Assembly (NCBI GenBank): GCA_964477685.1
Contig: CAYZHK010000003.1
Location: 1 to 48,162, forward strand
Direction: 5' to 3'
Length of the DNA: 48,162 nucleotides
Source: an uncultured Nitrososphaerota archaeon
GTDB lineage: Archaea; Thermoproteota; Methanomethylicia; Methanomethylicales; Methanomethylicaceae
The notes beneath the pieces are model-generated. The model saw only the letters and a program-made list of their open reading frames with translations, was not told where the DNA came from and made no database searches. Position 1 is the first letter of the stretch; each line of letters begins with the position of its first letter. Below are positions 17,969-27,981 of the stretch, piece by piece. A program made the translations under genes and the position numbers.

Positions 17969-17997
17969 AAACTGGCTATAAAAAAAGGGAAAGGGAG
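17969..17997 (-). terminator. Oligo-T terminator of the aminotransferase gene
   Basis: CTCCCTTTCCCTTTTTTTAT on the minus strand right after the stop. Confidence 0.5.
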
Positions 17998-19359
17998 TTA
18001 CTTCTCCACTTCTGCGTCCGCGACCTTGAGCGCCTCATCGATGGCATCCAGCCCAAAGTCTATCTGTTCCCTGTTGATGATCAGCGGTGGCGCTATGGTG
18101 AGGTGGCTCACCCAGCTCTGGCAGATGACCCCCCTCCTGGAGAGGTCCGCAGTCACCTTGTCCACCATCAGAGGCATTCCGGCGGCCTTCTCGGCGCGGG
18201 TGTTGAAAGGCTTCTTTGTCTTCCTGTTCTTGACCAGCTCGATCGCCCAGAACAGGCCTATGCCCCTCACATCGCCGATGGAGACGTGGCGGTCCTTCAA
18301 TTCGTTGAGCCTCTTGCCCATATGCACCCCGAGTTTGGTCGAGTTCTCGAGGAGATTAAGCCGCTTGTACTCGCCGATGGCAGCGGGAACGGGGGACAGT
18401 GCTAGGGGATGGGCTTCGTAGGTATGGCCATGGGCGAAGTAGTTGTTCTCGAAGTAGTCGGCTATCGCCCTCGTGGTCGCTGTGATGCCCAGAGGCGTGT
18501 AGGCGCCGGTGCTGCCCTTGGCTGTCACCAGTATGTCGGGCTTTACGCCCCAGTTGTCGACAGCGAACCACTTGCCTGTCCTCCCCCACCCGGCCATCAC
18601 CTCGTCGGCTATAAAGAGGACGTTGTTCTCCTCGGCTATCTGCTTGATCCTTGGGAGGTACTCCTTTACAGGTACGAGAATCCCGTTGGTGCCAACGACC
18701 GGCTCGATTATCATGGCAGCGACATTGGCCTCGTTCTTTATCTGGTAATCCACATACTCCGCGCAGGTCACCCCGCATTCAGGGTATTCCTGCCTGAACG
18801 GGCACCTGTAGCAGTAGCAGTCCGGTGCGAAAACCGTGCCCTCCAACCTGCTGTGGGGTTCCGTAAACCATCTCCTCACGTCGCCCGTGCAGGCTATTGA
18901 GGCTGCTGTGGAGCCATGGTAGGAGTTGTACCTCGAGATCACCTTGAATGCGCCTCTTGGCTTCTGGTACATCCTGGCTATCTTCAGGGCGGCTTCGTTC
19001 GCCTCGGTCCCTGAGGTGGAGAAGAAGATCTTTTCAAGGCCTGCCGGGAGTATCTTCACAAGCTCCTCGCTCGCCTTGGCACGGATGTCGATGGAGTAGG
19101 CAGGGCTTATGTAGGGCATCTTGGTGGCCTGTTCCACAATGGCTTTAATCAAGGCCTGGTTCTTGTGGCCGAGGTTGGAGCACATGAGCTGGGCAGAGAT
19201 GTCGAGGAATTTTTTGCCGTTCACGTCGATCATGTATACGCCTTCCGCGTCGACTATATGCGGGGGGTTCTTCCAGCCCCGCTGGAATCGCCAAGTACCG
19301 TAGGTGTACTTGGCTACCGTATTGGCTATCTCATCGGGTTGTCCTGACAAATCCATCAT
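17998..19359 (-). CDS. Class III PLP-dependent aminotransferase (omega-amine/taurine/GABA type)
   Basis: AEGVY..D..G..FLD, SGTEANEAA, SYHG, EPVVG, FIADEVMAGWGRTG, PLP Lys in TAKG, GHTY. Confidence 0.9.
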   Translation of the reverse strand: MMDLSGQPDEIANTVAKYTYGTWRFQRGWKNPPHIVDAEGVYMIDVNGKKFLDISAQLMCSNLGHKNQALIKAIVEQATKMPYISPAYSIDIRAKASEELVKILPAGLEKIFFSTSGTEANEAALKIARMYQKPRGAFKVISRYNSYHGSTAASIACTGDVRRWFTEPHSRLEGTVFAPDCYCYRCPFRQEYPECGVTCAEYVDYQIKNEANVAAMIIEPVVGTNGILVPVKEYLPRIKQIAEENNVLFIADEVMAGWGRTGKWFAVDNWGVKPDILVTAKGSTGAYTPLGITATTRAIADYFENNYFAHGHTYEAHPLALSPVPAAIGEYKRLNLLENSTKLGVHMGKRLNELKDRHVSIGDVRGIGLFWAIELVKNRKTKKPFNTRAEKAAGMPLMVDKVTADLSRRGVICQSWVSHLTIAPPLIINREQIDFGLDAIDEALKVADAEVEK

Positions 19360-19498
19360 CCTCTGAATTGTTAGAAAATTGTCCTAAAACTGTAATAAAC
19401 CTTCTCTCGGTCCTTGGCCTTCCCGGTCGGTGGCATTCTGCGAGCCTCTGTCGCCATTGCCGTCAATGCTTAATTGCCCGCTTGGCTAAGCTTTTCCC

Positions 19499-21427
19499 GT
19501 GTCCATCAGGATTGCCGCCCCCATGGTGCTGATCCTGGCCCTCATGGCAGTTCTCTGTGTTCCGGGTACCCAGGCCCAAAACTACTATAGGGTGAATGAC
19601 CTCACCTGCGCCGTCACGGTGCTGGATGACAGGTCTGCCAGGGTGGTCATGGATTACAATTTCACCTGGCTGGAGGCGGGCACGCTTGTGAACTCATGGA
19701 GCCTGGTGCTGGACAGCCAGGATGCCCACGGCATACGGGTTGAGAGCCAGGGGAGGCCACTTACCTTTGAAGTCGACAAAGCCGGAGGTGCCACCATCCT
19801 GGCCATAAACCTCGGCAGGAGCGTTGGCTCAGGGCAGTGGATGTGCATCCGGGTGGATTATGTGACCTCCTCCAACATCGAGTCGGTTGGCCCAGAGAGG
19901 CGGCTCTCCACGGATATCATGGAGAATGCGCCCATGGACAGGGTCAACCTGACGGTTGTGGTCCCCGACGGTTTCGACTTCGTCGCCCAGAGGCCCTTTT
20001 TCCTTGAGGAGCCAGACTGGGGGAGCGGCCGCATACTGACGGGCACAGAGGTTGGTGTCGCGGCTGGGACCGGTCAATACCTCTTTGTGAGCTATGCAGA
20101 GGCGGAGGCCGAGTACAACATGACCTACGAATACACCTTCACGAATATGGGGACCTCGACGGAACGCGGGGCTGAATTCGAAGTCCCGGTCTTTGTGGAG
20201 GCCCCACACCAGGTCGTCACTCAGCTGACCATCTCGCCAGACCCAATCCGGACCTGGTACGATGACTCTGGCAACCTGAGGGCCAGGTTCAGTTTCGACA
20301 CCATCCTTTCCGGAGAGTCGGCAAAGATAGTCATCAGCTACAACATAATGGCGGCCATGCCCGCAGTGCCGGATGGGACGTTTGGAGGAGGGCTGGGGGA
20401 CCTGCCGCCGGCATTTCTGGCCTATACAGAGGGGGACAGCTATTGGGAAGTTGACGACCCATCCATTGCTGGGCTGGCATCGAATCTGACGGCGGGGAAG
20501 GCAAGTGCCCTGGAAATGGCCAGGTCAATCTATGACTTCGTTGTGCAGAACATCTCCTATGATCTGGCGAAGTACAATGCAGTGATGAGCGGCCTCACCG
20601 TTGAGCGCTATGGCGCGGTGAAGACGCTGGAGCGGAGGATGGGGGTCTGCGAGGACATCACAGACCTCTACATAGCCCTCTGCAGGTCTGCAGGAATCCC
20701 CGCCGTTGGGGTGGTCGGATTCACCTACAGCCAGGACGGCGAGCTGAGCCAGGGGAACCGCCATGCCTGGGCGGAGGTCTACATCCCCGACTATGGCTGG
20801 ATGGATGTGGATCCGACCTGGGAGCTCTTCGGCAGGCTGGAGGGGAGGCATGTCGGCGACAGGATGTTCATGAACTCCTCCGAACCCAGCTACCTGGTCT
20901 GGAACACCAGGCAGGACTTCCAGTACAGCGTGGAGACCTATGCCTCCATGAGGGGGGAGGGGGTCCATTACCAGCCTGACCTTTCCCTGAGCGCCACACA
21001 CGGGAGCGAGGCCTACACAGGCTATGGCTTCCCGGTAAAGCTCACCATCAGCAACGGCGGCAATGGCACAGCCTTCAGCTTGGAGGCCAACATCACATCC
21101 TCCGAGAATGTGAAGGTGGGGAACGGCAGCTTTTTCATCGACAGGATCTGGGGCTACGACTATAGGGATATTGAACTTTATGTTGAGCCGAAGGAGGCTG
21201 GCAACGCCACGCTGTGGATCCACCTCCAGTACACTGGTGAGGGAGGAGGGGTTACGCAGGAAGACTATCCCATCACCTTCGCAGTGGCAAAGAAGCCGGT
21301 CTACTCCATAGAAGGGCTTGCAGCGTCGCTGAGCCCCTATGTCTGGTATGCCATGGGCGGAGGCGTTTTCCTCGCTGTTCTGGCATCACTGGCGGTCTGG
21401 ACGGCCAGACGGAAGGCGCACGGCTGA
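19499..21427 (+). CDS. Secreted, membrane-anchored transglutaminase-like protein
   Basis: Signal peptide; catalytic triad GVCED / HAWAEVY / WMDVDPTW; Ig/CARDB-like module; C-terminal TM followed by RRK. Confidence 0.85.
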   Translation: MSIRIAAPMVLILALMAVLCVPGTQAQNYYRVNDLTCAVTVLDDRSARVVMDYNFTWLEAGTLVNSWSLVLDSQDAHGIRVESQGRPLTFEVDKAGGATILAINLGRSVGSGQWMCIRVDYVTSSNIESVGPERRLSTDIMENAPMDRVNLTVVVPDGFDFVAQRPFFLEEPDWGSGRILTGTEVGVAAGTGQYLFVSYAEAEAEYNMTYEYTFTNMGTSTERGAEFEVPVFVEAPHQVVTQLTISPDPIRTWYDDSGNLRARFSFDTILSGESAKIVISYNIMAAMPAVPDGTFGGGLGDLPPAFLAYTEGDSYWEVDDPSIAGLASNLTAGKASALEMARSIYDFVVQNISYDLAKYNAVMSGLTVERYGAVKTLERRMGVCEDITDLYIALCRSAGIPAVGVVGFTYSQDGELSQGNRHAWAEVYIPDYGWMDVDPTWELFGRLEGRHVGDRMFMNSSEPSYLVWNTRQDFQYSVETYASMRGEGVHYQPDLSLSATHGSEAYTGYGFPVKLTISNGGNGTAFSLEANITSSENVKVGNGSFFIDRIWGYDYRDIELYVEPKEAGNATLWIHLQYTGEGGGVTQEDYPITFAVAKKPVYSIEGLAASLSPYVWYAMGGGVFLAVLASLAVWTARRKAHG

Positions 21428-21486
21428 TCCCATGGCAAGAGATATCTGAGTTCAGGACCATTAGAGTAGAGTGCTCGGGGGTATCC

Positions 21487-22752
21487 GTGGTGAAGATGGA
21501 GGGCTTCAGGAAGCTTACTCCGGTTGGGGAGGCGTTGGAGATCATCTATGGGAGCGGGCTTCCGGAGGTTGGGAGCGAAGCTGTCCCCACCAGGGGAGTG
21601 CTGGGAAGGGTTCTGGCCGGGGACGTGATCGCCGCCGCAGACATGCCCCCCTTCGACCGCACCGCCGTGGATGGATTTGCCATCAGATCCAAGGAGAGCT
21701 TCAGCGCCTCGATGAACAACCCCGCGGTCTTCAGGGTCAAGGGCCGCATAGAGGCCGGTGAAACCCCACGGGAAGGAGGCTGGTCCATCGGCCGCGGAGA
21801 GGCCTATGAGGTCTTCACGGGGGCATCAATGCCGAGGGGCGCAGATGCTGTGGTTATGGCAGAGGATACCGCAAGAAACGGGGACGATGTGGAGGTCTAC
21901 CGCTCGGTCTCAAGGCTTTCCAACGTCTCACCGCGCGGCGAGGACATCAAGGCTGGAGAGACCCTGCTGGCGGGCGGCACTGTCATCAAGCCCTGGCACA
22001 TAGGGGCACTGGCCTCGGTGGGAGTCAGAGAGGTTTGTGTGAGGAAGAGAGTCAGGGTCGGCGTATTCTCAACCGGTTCTGAGCTGGTGGATCTGGAAGG
22101 GGGGCCGATGGCTCCCAACGGGATAGTCGACTCAACGCGGCCCCTGGTGGCGGCTGCCCTTGAGGCACTGGGATGTAGGGTCCTGGACGGGGGGATTGCC
22201 ATGGACAGCGTCCAGTCCATTTCGAAGCGGATAGAGGGGCTCCTTGGGGAGGCGGACGCGCTGATATCCATCGGCGGAACCTCAGTGGGCAGGAAGGACC
22301 TGGTTCCGGACGCAATTGAGGAATCCTCGGGCAGGATACTGTTTCACGGCCTGGCTGTCAAGCCGGGCAAACCGGCGGGGTATGCCCTGGTGGGCGGGAA
22401 GCCCCTTTTCATGCTCCCCGGCTACCCTGTTTCGGCACTGGTGGGCTTTGAGGCGGTCGTTGAGCCTTCCCTCTGCAGGATGATGGGGAGGGGAGTGCCC
22501 AGGAGATTGACTGCGAGGGCCCGGATCTCCAGAAGGGTGCCAACGGCGCCAGGGGTAAGGCATTACCTGAGGGTTGTGCTGAAGACCACTCGCCTCGGTC
22601 TTGTCGCTGAGCCTATAGCCATCACGGGGTCGGGTCTGCTGTCGTCAGTCACCAAGGCGGACGGGATGGTTGTGATCCGCGAAGATCTGGAGGGCCTTGA
22701 GAAGGGGGATGAGGTGGAGGTGGAATTGCTGGGTGGCGATATCATTGGCTAA
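21487..22752 (+). CDS. moeA: Molybdopterin molybdo/tungsto-transferase MoeA
   Basis: PPFDRTAVDGFA, TGASMPRGADAVVMAED, STGSEL, GGTSVG..D, KPGKP, LPGYPVS. Confidence 0.93.
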   Translation: MVKMEGFRKLTPVGEALEIIYGSGLPEVGSEAVPTRGVLGRVLAGDVIAAADMPPFDRTAVDGFAIRSKESFSASMNNPAVFRVKGRIEAGETPREGGWSIGRGEAYEVFTGASMPRGADAVVMAEDTARNGDDVEVYRSVSRLSNVSPRGEDIKAGETLLAGGTVIKPWHIGALASVGVREVCVRKRVRVGVFSTGSELVDLEGGPMAPNGIVDSTRPLVAAALEALGCRVLDGGIAMDSVQSISKRIEGLLGEADALISIGGTSVGRKDLVPDAIEESSGRILFHGLAVKPGKPAGYALVGGKPLFMLPGYPVSALVGFEAVVEPSLCRMMGRGVPRRLTARARISRRVPTAPGVRHYLRVVLKTTRLGLVAEPIAITGSGLLSSVTKADGMVVIREDLEGLEKGDEVEVELLGGDIIG

Positions 22753-24703
22753 AGCGAGCGATGGAAGGAAGATATTCCACAGGCTGGTCACTATGGAGGA
22801 GGCGCTGCGGTCAATCAGGGCCTCCATATCGACGGAGATGGGCAGTGAAGAGGTCCGCCTCGAGGACGCTTCGGGGAGGGTCATGGCCAAGTCTGTCTTT
22901 TCAAAGGTAGACCTTCCCCCTTTCGACAGGGCGGAGATGGATGGCTATGCGGTCAATTCTGTTGGAGTCGAAGGGGCTACCGAGAGGGACCCCGCTGGGC
23001 TGAAGGTTGTAGGCAAAATAGGGGCAGGAGAGGCAGCTTCAGGCGGAATTTCCGAAGGGGAATGCATAGAGATAGCCACTGGCGCCCCCCTGCCCAAGGG
23101 GGCAGACTCCGTTGTGATGGTCGAGTTCACTGAGGTCAAGGGAGATGTGGCAAGGGTATTCAGGGGGACGACTCCGGGGGAGAATGTGGCTTCGGCTGGG
23201 TCGGATGTCCAGATAGGAGAGATGCTCCTCAGGGAGGGGACGGAGTTTGGGCCGAGGGAAGCAGGCCTTCTCGCAGCGGTCGGCATCGGGCGCGTCCAGG
23301 TGTTCAGGAAGCCCAAGGTGGGCATCGTGTCCACCGGGAACGAGCTCGCTGAGCCGGGATCAGTGCTTGGAGCCGGGAAGATCTTTGATTCGAATACGTA
23401 CGCCCTTGCAGCGGCGGTCAAGGAGGCGGGAGGGATGCCGGAGATCATAGGCAGGGCAGGAGATTCGGCCGATGAGATCAGCCGCTTGGTCATGGAAGGC
23501 ATCGGGAAAAGCGACATGCTACTCATCTCTGGGGGGACGTCCGCAGGGACCGGAGATCTGGTCTACAGGGTCCTCGGGGAGGAGTGCGACGGCGGTGTGC
23601 TTGTCCATGGCCTCAACGTGAAGCCGGGTAAGCCGACCCTTGTGGCGGCCCATGGGGGGAAGGTGGTGTTCGGCCTCCCTGGCTATCCGGTCAGCGCGCT
23701 CATGATATTCGACCAGCTTGTCAGGCCAATCATAGGCGAGATGGCCCGGTGCGCCCCCCAGCGCTCCGAGAGGCGGGGGATCGGTGCAGAGCTCTCCGTG
23801 AGGGTTAACGGGGCCAAGGGAAGGAGGTGGTTCCTCCCGGTCCATCTAATATCCGCGGGGGGAAGGACCAAGGCATATCCCGTAATTGCCAGCTCGGGCG
23901 CCATCGGCACCCTTGCGAAGGCCGATGGGTACATCGTAATCGGTGAGGAGGAGGAGTACGTGGCGGCGGGCGAAAGGGTCGAGGCTTTCCCCTTCCCCGG
24001 CACGAGGGGGGTGGACCTTGTGATCATGGGGAGCCACTGCCCAGGGGTCGACCTGATCCTCCAGATCCTCTTCGAGAAGAAGGGAATCACAGCCAAGGCG
24101 CTGAATGTGGGCTCGCTTGCAGGGCTGAGGGCAGTGAAGAGCGGGGAGTGCGACATGGCAGGCATGCATGTTCTCGACGAGAGGGACATGACCTACAACA
24201 CCAGGGCTGTGGCCGAAGCAGGTCTCCCCCCTTCGTCCCTCGTGGGGGGTTACAAACGGCAGCAGGGGATAATGGTGGCTCCAAAGAACCCCAAGGGAAT
24301 CACTGGCATGGGCGATGCCCTCAGGGATGATGTGTCCTTCGTTAACAGGAACCGGGGATCGGGGACCAGGATATTGACAGACAGCATCCTTGCGGGGATT
24401 GCGAAGGAGCGTGGCATCCCATTCGATGAGGCAACGGCCAAGATAAGGGGTTACCGCTGGGAGGCAAAGACCCACTCGGCCGTCGCCGCTGCCGTCAGCC
24501 AAGGCAGGGCAGACATGGGGGTGGGCATTGAGAGCCTGGCATCCTCCTATGGCCTGGAGTTCATACCGCTTCAGGAAGAAAGCTATGACTTCCTGGTCAA
24601 CCCTGCCAGCATGAAGAAGCCTGCCGTGGTGGCCTTCATCGGGGCCCTCCATTCGCAGGAGTTCAAGGCGATGATCCAGAGGTTCTCCGGCTACAGAATT
24701 TAG
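22745..24703 (+). CDS. moeA: MoeA fused to a C-terminal periplasmic-binding (PBP/LysR-substrate) domain
   Basis: MoeA motifs followed by GSHCPG, GSLAGL, AGMH, NRNRGSGTR, THSAVAAAV..GRAD.G, E.YDF. Start placed at TTG 22745, overlapping the first moeA stop. Confidence 0.92.
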   Translation: MAKASDGRKIFHRLVTMEEALRSIRASISTEMGSEEVRLEDASGRVMAKSVFSKVDLPPFDRAEMDGYAVNSVGVEGATERDPAGLKVVGKIGAGEAASGGISEGECIEIATGAPLPKGADSVVMVEFTEVKGDVARVFRGTTPGENVASAGSDVQIGEMLLREGTEFGPREAGLLAAVGIGRVQVFRKPKVGIVSTGNELAEPGSVLGAGKIFDSNTYALAAAVKEAGGMPEIIGRAGDSADEISRLVMEGIGKSDMLLISGGTSAGTGDLVYRVLGEECDGGVLVHGLNVKPGKPTLVAAHGGKVVFGLPGYPVSALMIFDQLVRPIIGEMARCAPQRSERRGIGAELSVRVNGAKGRRWFLPVHLISAGGRTKAYPVIASSGAIGTLAKADGYIVIGEEEEYVAAGERVEAFPFPGTRGVDLVIMGSHCPGVDLILQILFEKKGITAKALNVGSLAGLRAVKSGECDMAGMHVLDERDMTYNTRAVAEAGLPPSSLVGGYKRQQGIMVAPKNPKGITGMGDALRDDVSFVNRNRGSGTRILTDSILAGIAKERGIPFDEATAKIRGYRWEAKTHSAVAAAVSQGRADMGVGIESLASSYGLEFIPLQEESYDFLVNPASMKKPAVVAFIGALHSQEFKAMIQRFSGYRI

Positions 24704-25169
24704 TAAGGCCACAATTGGGTTCGGATGGCAGCAATCCGAAATCTGCTTTGGAGGCAAGGAGTGCGCTGTCGGCCTCAACAGGCATGGCCGCGGGGGTCAT
24801 GGTCAGAGCTGCCCGCATTGCCCTCTACCATGAAAAAGATGGCTGACCATTGCCATTGGGACCGGCCTAAGAACCACTGAGCACGGAATCGAAAATAGGG
24901 CCTTCGGCCTCAGCAGCCTCTTCTACAGTCCCCTTTCTCTCATGATCTTTGCTGTCTTTTTATTTTTTTTAAATTTCTTCTTCTCTACTCTTTCGGCATC
25001 TGGCACTCCTGCCACTCCTGCCACCTCGCCATATCTATTCTTAGTGCATAGCCTAATTGTTATTTCGATTTTGGCATCTTGAAGGGACAGCGTGTGGCGC
25101 TTGCCCACCAAAAAAAAATCAGTTAAGGTTAATTTTATCCGCGGGTAGAGTGGTAGGCAGTGGCGGGCT

Positions 25170-26276
25170 ATGGCAGGTAAAACTCTGCTCTACAATTACC
25201 ACATCAGTCATGGGACCATGGGTGAATTTGGTGGGTTCGAGATGCCCCTCTGGTATGAAGGCATAATACCGGAGGTGGAGGCTGTCAGGCACGGGGCGGG
25301 CATCTTCGATGTCAGCCACATGGGGAGAATCCTCTTTTCCGGGAAGGACGCCGGTCGCTTCCTCGATCATATCATGACGAACGATATGTCAGGCATGGCG
25401 GTGATGCAGACCCGTTATACCCTCATATGCAATGAAAGGGGCGGTGTTGTAGATGACACGATTGTTTTCAGGACCGGCGACGAGGACTATGTAGCGTTCT
25501 GGAACGCCTCCAACCGGCAGAAGGACAACTCCTGGGCAAGGGAGAGGATGGGCGGCTATGGCGTGAAGATGGAGGACCACTCCGAGTCCACCTTCATGAT
25601 AGCCCTCCAAGGGCCCCGGGCGGAGAATATCCTCCAACCCCTCTGCGGGATCCACCTCGGCGGCCTGAAGAGGCACAGGGGGGCATGGGCAAGGGTGGGC
25701 GATAGCGAGTGCCATGTTACCAGGACAGGCTACACCGGAGAGGACGGATTCGAGCTCTTCTCACTGACTGGCAACGGCGCCATGCCGCTCTGGGAGAGGC
25801 TTATAGCGGGGGGGGCGAAGCCGGCGGGGCTAGGGGCGAGGGACGTCCTCAGACTGGAAGCGGGCCTCCCGCTCTACGGCCACGAGCTTGGCGATGCCAT
25901 AAGCCCGATTCAGGCAAGGCTGGACTTCGCCGTGAAGGTGGATAAGGGCGAATTCATTGGCAGAGACGTGCTGGCTGCGATGATCCACGACCCTCCCTCC
26001 AGGAAGCTGGCCGGGCTGAGGATGGTGGGCAGGGGAATACCGAGACAGGGGTATCCGGTGCTGGCCAGCGGCAGGGAGGTCGGCGTTGTGACCAGCGGGA
26101 CCTTCTCACCCACTGTCGGGGCGCCCATAGCCATGGCCTTCATAGAGACTGCACTGCCCCAGGGATCGGAGGTTCAGGTCAGGATCAGGGGGGCAGACCA
26201 CGCTGCAAGGATTACGCCAATCCCTTTCTACGACCAAAAAGCCTATGGCTTCAGAAGGGAAGCAGCCCAACCCTAA
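25170..26276 (+). CDS. gcvT: Glycine cleavage system aminomethyltransferase T
   Basis: FGGFEMPLWY, FDVSHMG, GGVVDD, ALQGP, RTGYTGEDGFE, GLGARDVLRLEAG.PLYG.EL, VTSGTFSP. Confidence 0.92.
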   Translation: MAGKTLLYNYHISHGTMGEFGGFEMPLWYEGIIPEVEAVRHGAGIFDVSHMGRILFSGKDAGRFLDHIMTNDMSGMAVMQTRYTLICNERGGVVDDTIVFRTGDEDYVAFWNASNRQKDNSWARERMGGYGVKMEDHSESTFMIALQGPRAENILQPLCGIHLGGLKRHRGAWARVGDSECHVTRTGYTGEDGFELFSLTGNGAMPLWERLIAGGAKPAGLGARDVLRLEAGLPLYGHELGDAISPIQARLDFAVKVDKGEFIGRDVLAAMIHDPPSRKLAGLRMVGRGIPRQGYPVLASGREVGVVTSGTFSPTVGAPIAMAFIETALPQGSEVQVRIRGADHAARITPIPFYDQKAYGFRREAAQP

Positions 26277-26323
26277 ACATTATAGGGGGGAAACCGGTTC
26301 TGTTAAGGGGGTAAAGGCCATGA

Positions 26324-26737
26324 ATGTCGGAGTCGGTCACACAGATTTCCGGAGAGAAGTACATGGACCTGGAGAAAGGGATGGTCAACATACAGGTGAC
26401 CACCAACATAAGCATCCAGAAGATGGTGCAGTCCGAGGGGATGTTGGACTTCAGCTTCGTCTTCACGGTGAACTACAATCCGGCAATAGCGACGCTTCAC
26501 ATTAAGGGATCTGTGAAGGTGACTGGCGACGAGAAGGAGCTGGGGGAGATCAAACGAGCCTTCGAGGAGAAGAAGAACCCCCCGCCCGTGATACTCCAGA
26601 CCATATCCAATGTGGGTTTCCTGGAGGGCATAGTGATGTCCAGGTCCCTGAACATACCGCCCCCAATACCGCTGCCTAGCGTGATGCCGCAGCAGCAGGG
26701 GAAAGAGGGCAAGGTCAGCCCAAGCTACATCGCCTGA
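26324..26737 (+). CDS. Conserved archaeal protein, possibly SecB-like fold
   Basis: Beta-rich N-half (FSFVFTVNYNP.IATLHIKG), then a helix and LNIPPPIPLP; T-rich terminator at about 26807-26826. Confidence 0.7.
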   Translation: MSESVTQISGEKYMDLEKGMVNIQVTTNISIQKMVQSEGMLDFSFVFTVNYNPAIATLHIKGSVKVTGDEKELGEIKRAFEEKKNPPPVILQTISNVGFLEGIVMSRSLNIPPPIPLPSVMPQQQGKEGKVSPSYIA

Positions 26738-26874
26738 TGGTCCATCACGTTGTCGGCAACCGCCTGCAGGTCCTAGACCTGAAGGGTATGACCTGATGGT
26801 GGCCAAGGGAAAACGTTTTTCTTTTCAGGGCTGCCATCATCTTCTTGCGGAGATTGGGAGCCGTTGGGAGCCCT

Positions 26875-27981
26875 ATGACTAAGACCAGCGACCACATTGT
26901 AATGCTCTTTGACCTCGACTACTTCTATGCCCAGGTGGAAGAGGTACGGAATCCAGCCATCAGGGGAAAGCCTGTCCTTGTCTGCGTCTACTCGGGCCGC
27001 ACCCAGGACAGCGGTGTCATCAGCACGGCGAACTACATCGCCCGCCGCTACGGTGTCCGGTCCGGCATGCCAATTGTCCTGGCCAAGCGGAAGCTGAAGG
27101 ATGTTGATTCGATCTTCCTCCCCGTTGACCATGACCTATACAAATCAGTCTCCGATAGGGTAATGGCGATATTGAAGGGTAATGCTGACATCCTCGAGCA
27201 GGTCAGCATAGACGAAGCATATATGGATGTAACGGCGAAGGTTGGCGACTCGTTCCCCAAGGCCATGGAGCTGGCTATGGCCATCAAGAAGGAAGTACTG
27301 GAAAAGGAGAAACTCACGGCGTCCATAGGCATAGGGCCCAACAAGCTGGTGGCGAAGATAGCGGCCGATTCGATGAAACCTGATGGGGTCACTCTGGTTA
27401 TGCCAGAGGAGGTTAGGGCCTTCCTCTCACCACTCCCTGCGGAGAGGCTCATTGGAGTTGGCAGAAAGACCAGCGAGAGGCTCGAGGGGATGGGGCTGAA
27501 GACCATAGGAGATCTGGCTACGGTGGATCTCGGGGAGCTTAGGAGGGAGTTCGGGGACAGCCTGGGCACGTTCCTCCACAATGCCTCCAGAGGCATGGAC
27601 GAAGAGGCGGTCCATGAGAGGGGAGAGACCGACTCGATAAGTAGGATAGTGACCCTCAAAGAGGACACCAAGGACCCCTCAGCCGTGATCGCGGTCACGG
27701 ACCGCCTCTGCGCCGAAGTCCATGAAAGGCTCCGCCAGAGGCGCCTCAGCTTCAGGACTGTGGGCGTTGTTGCCATAATGAGGGACCTGAGCATCCAGAC
27801 AAGGGCAAAGACTCTTGCTGAGCCCACAGACGATCTGGCTGTGCTCCGGCGGACGGCGGCTGAATTGATGGAAAGGCTCCTAAGGGAATCCAACAGGTAT
27901 GTCCGGAGGGCAGGAGTGAAGGTCTCTGGTCTGGCAACCGAGAAGCGGGCTCAAAGGAGCCTGACCAGCTTCTTCCAGTAG
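26875..27981 (+). CDS. dinB: Y-family DNA polymerase IV (Dpo4/DinB)
   Basis: FDLDYFYAQVEE, TANYIAR.YGV.SGMP, SIDEAY, GIGPNKLVAKIA..KPDG; C-terminal PCNA PIP box QRSLTSFF. Confidence 0.95.
   Translation: MTKTSDHIVMLFDLDYFYAQVEEVRNPAIRGKPVLVCVYSGRTQDSGVISTANYIARRYGVRSGMPIVLAKRKLKDVDSIFLPVDHDLYKSVSDRVMAILKGNADILEQVSIDEAYMDVTAKVGDSFPKAMELAMAIKKEVLEKEKLTASIGIGPNKLVAKIAADSMKPDGVTLVMPEEVRAFLSPLPAERLIGVGRKTSERLEGMGLKTIGDLATVDLGELRREFGDSLGTFLHNASRGMDEEAVHERGETDSISRIVTLKEDTKDPSAVIAVTDRLCAEVHERLRQRRLSFRTVGVVAIMRDLSIQTRAKTLAEPTDDLAVLRRTAAELMERLLRESNRYVRRAGVKVSGLATEKRAQRSLTSFFQ

Noticed and set aside
21487-24703. Tandem moeA with a PBP fusion as a novelty
   Set aside because: This two-MoeA arrangement is common in archaea that use tungsten or molybdenum enzymes.
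24923-25111. 62-aa Lys-rich ORF on the minus strand
   Set aside because: Its Lys run comes from a plus-strand T-tract; weak start and no RBS.
26320-26345. Possible frameshift joining ATG 26320 (MNVGV) to the SecB-like frame
   Set aside because: An in-frame ATG at 26324 gives an essentially full-length protein and no slippery site is present; cannot be supported without reads or homologues.
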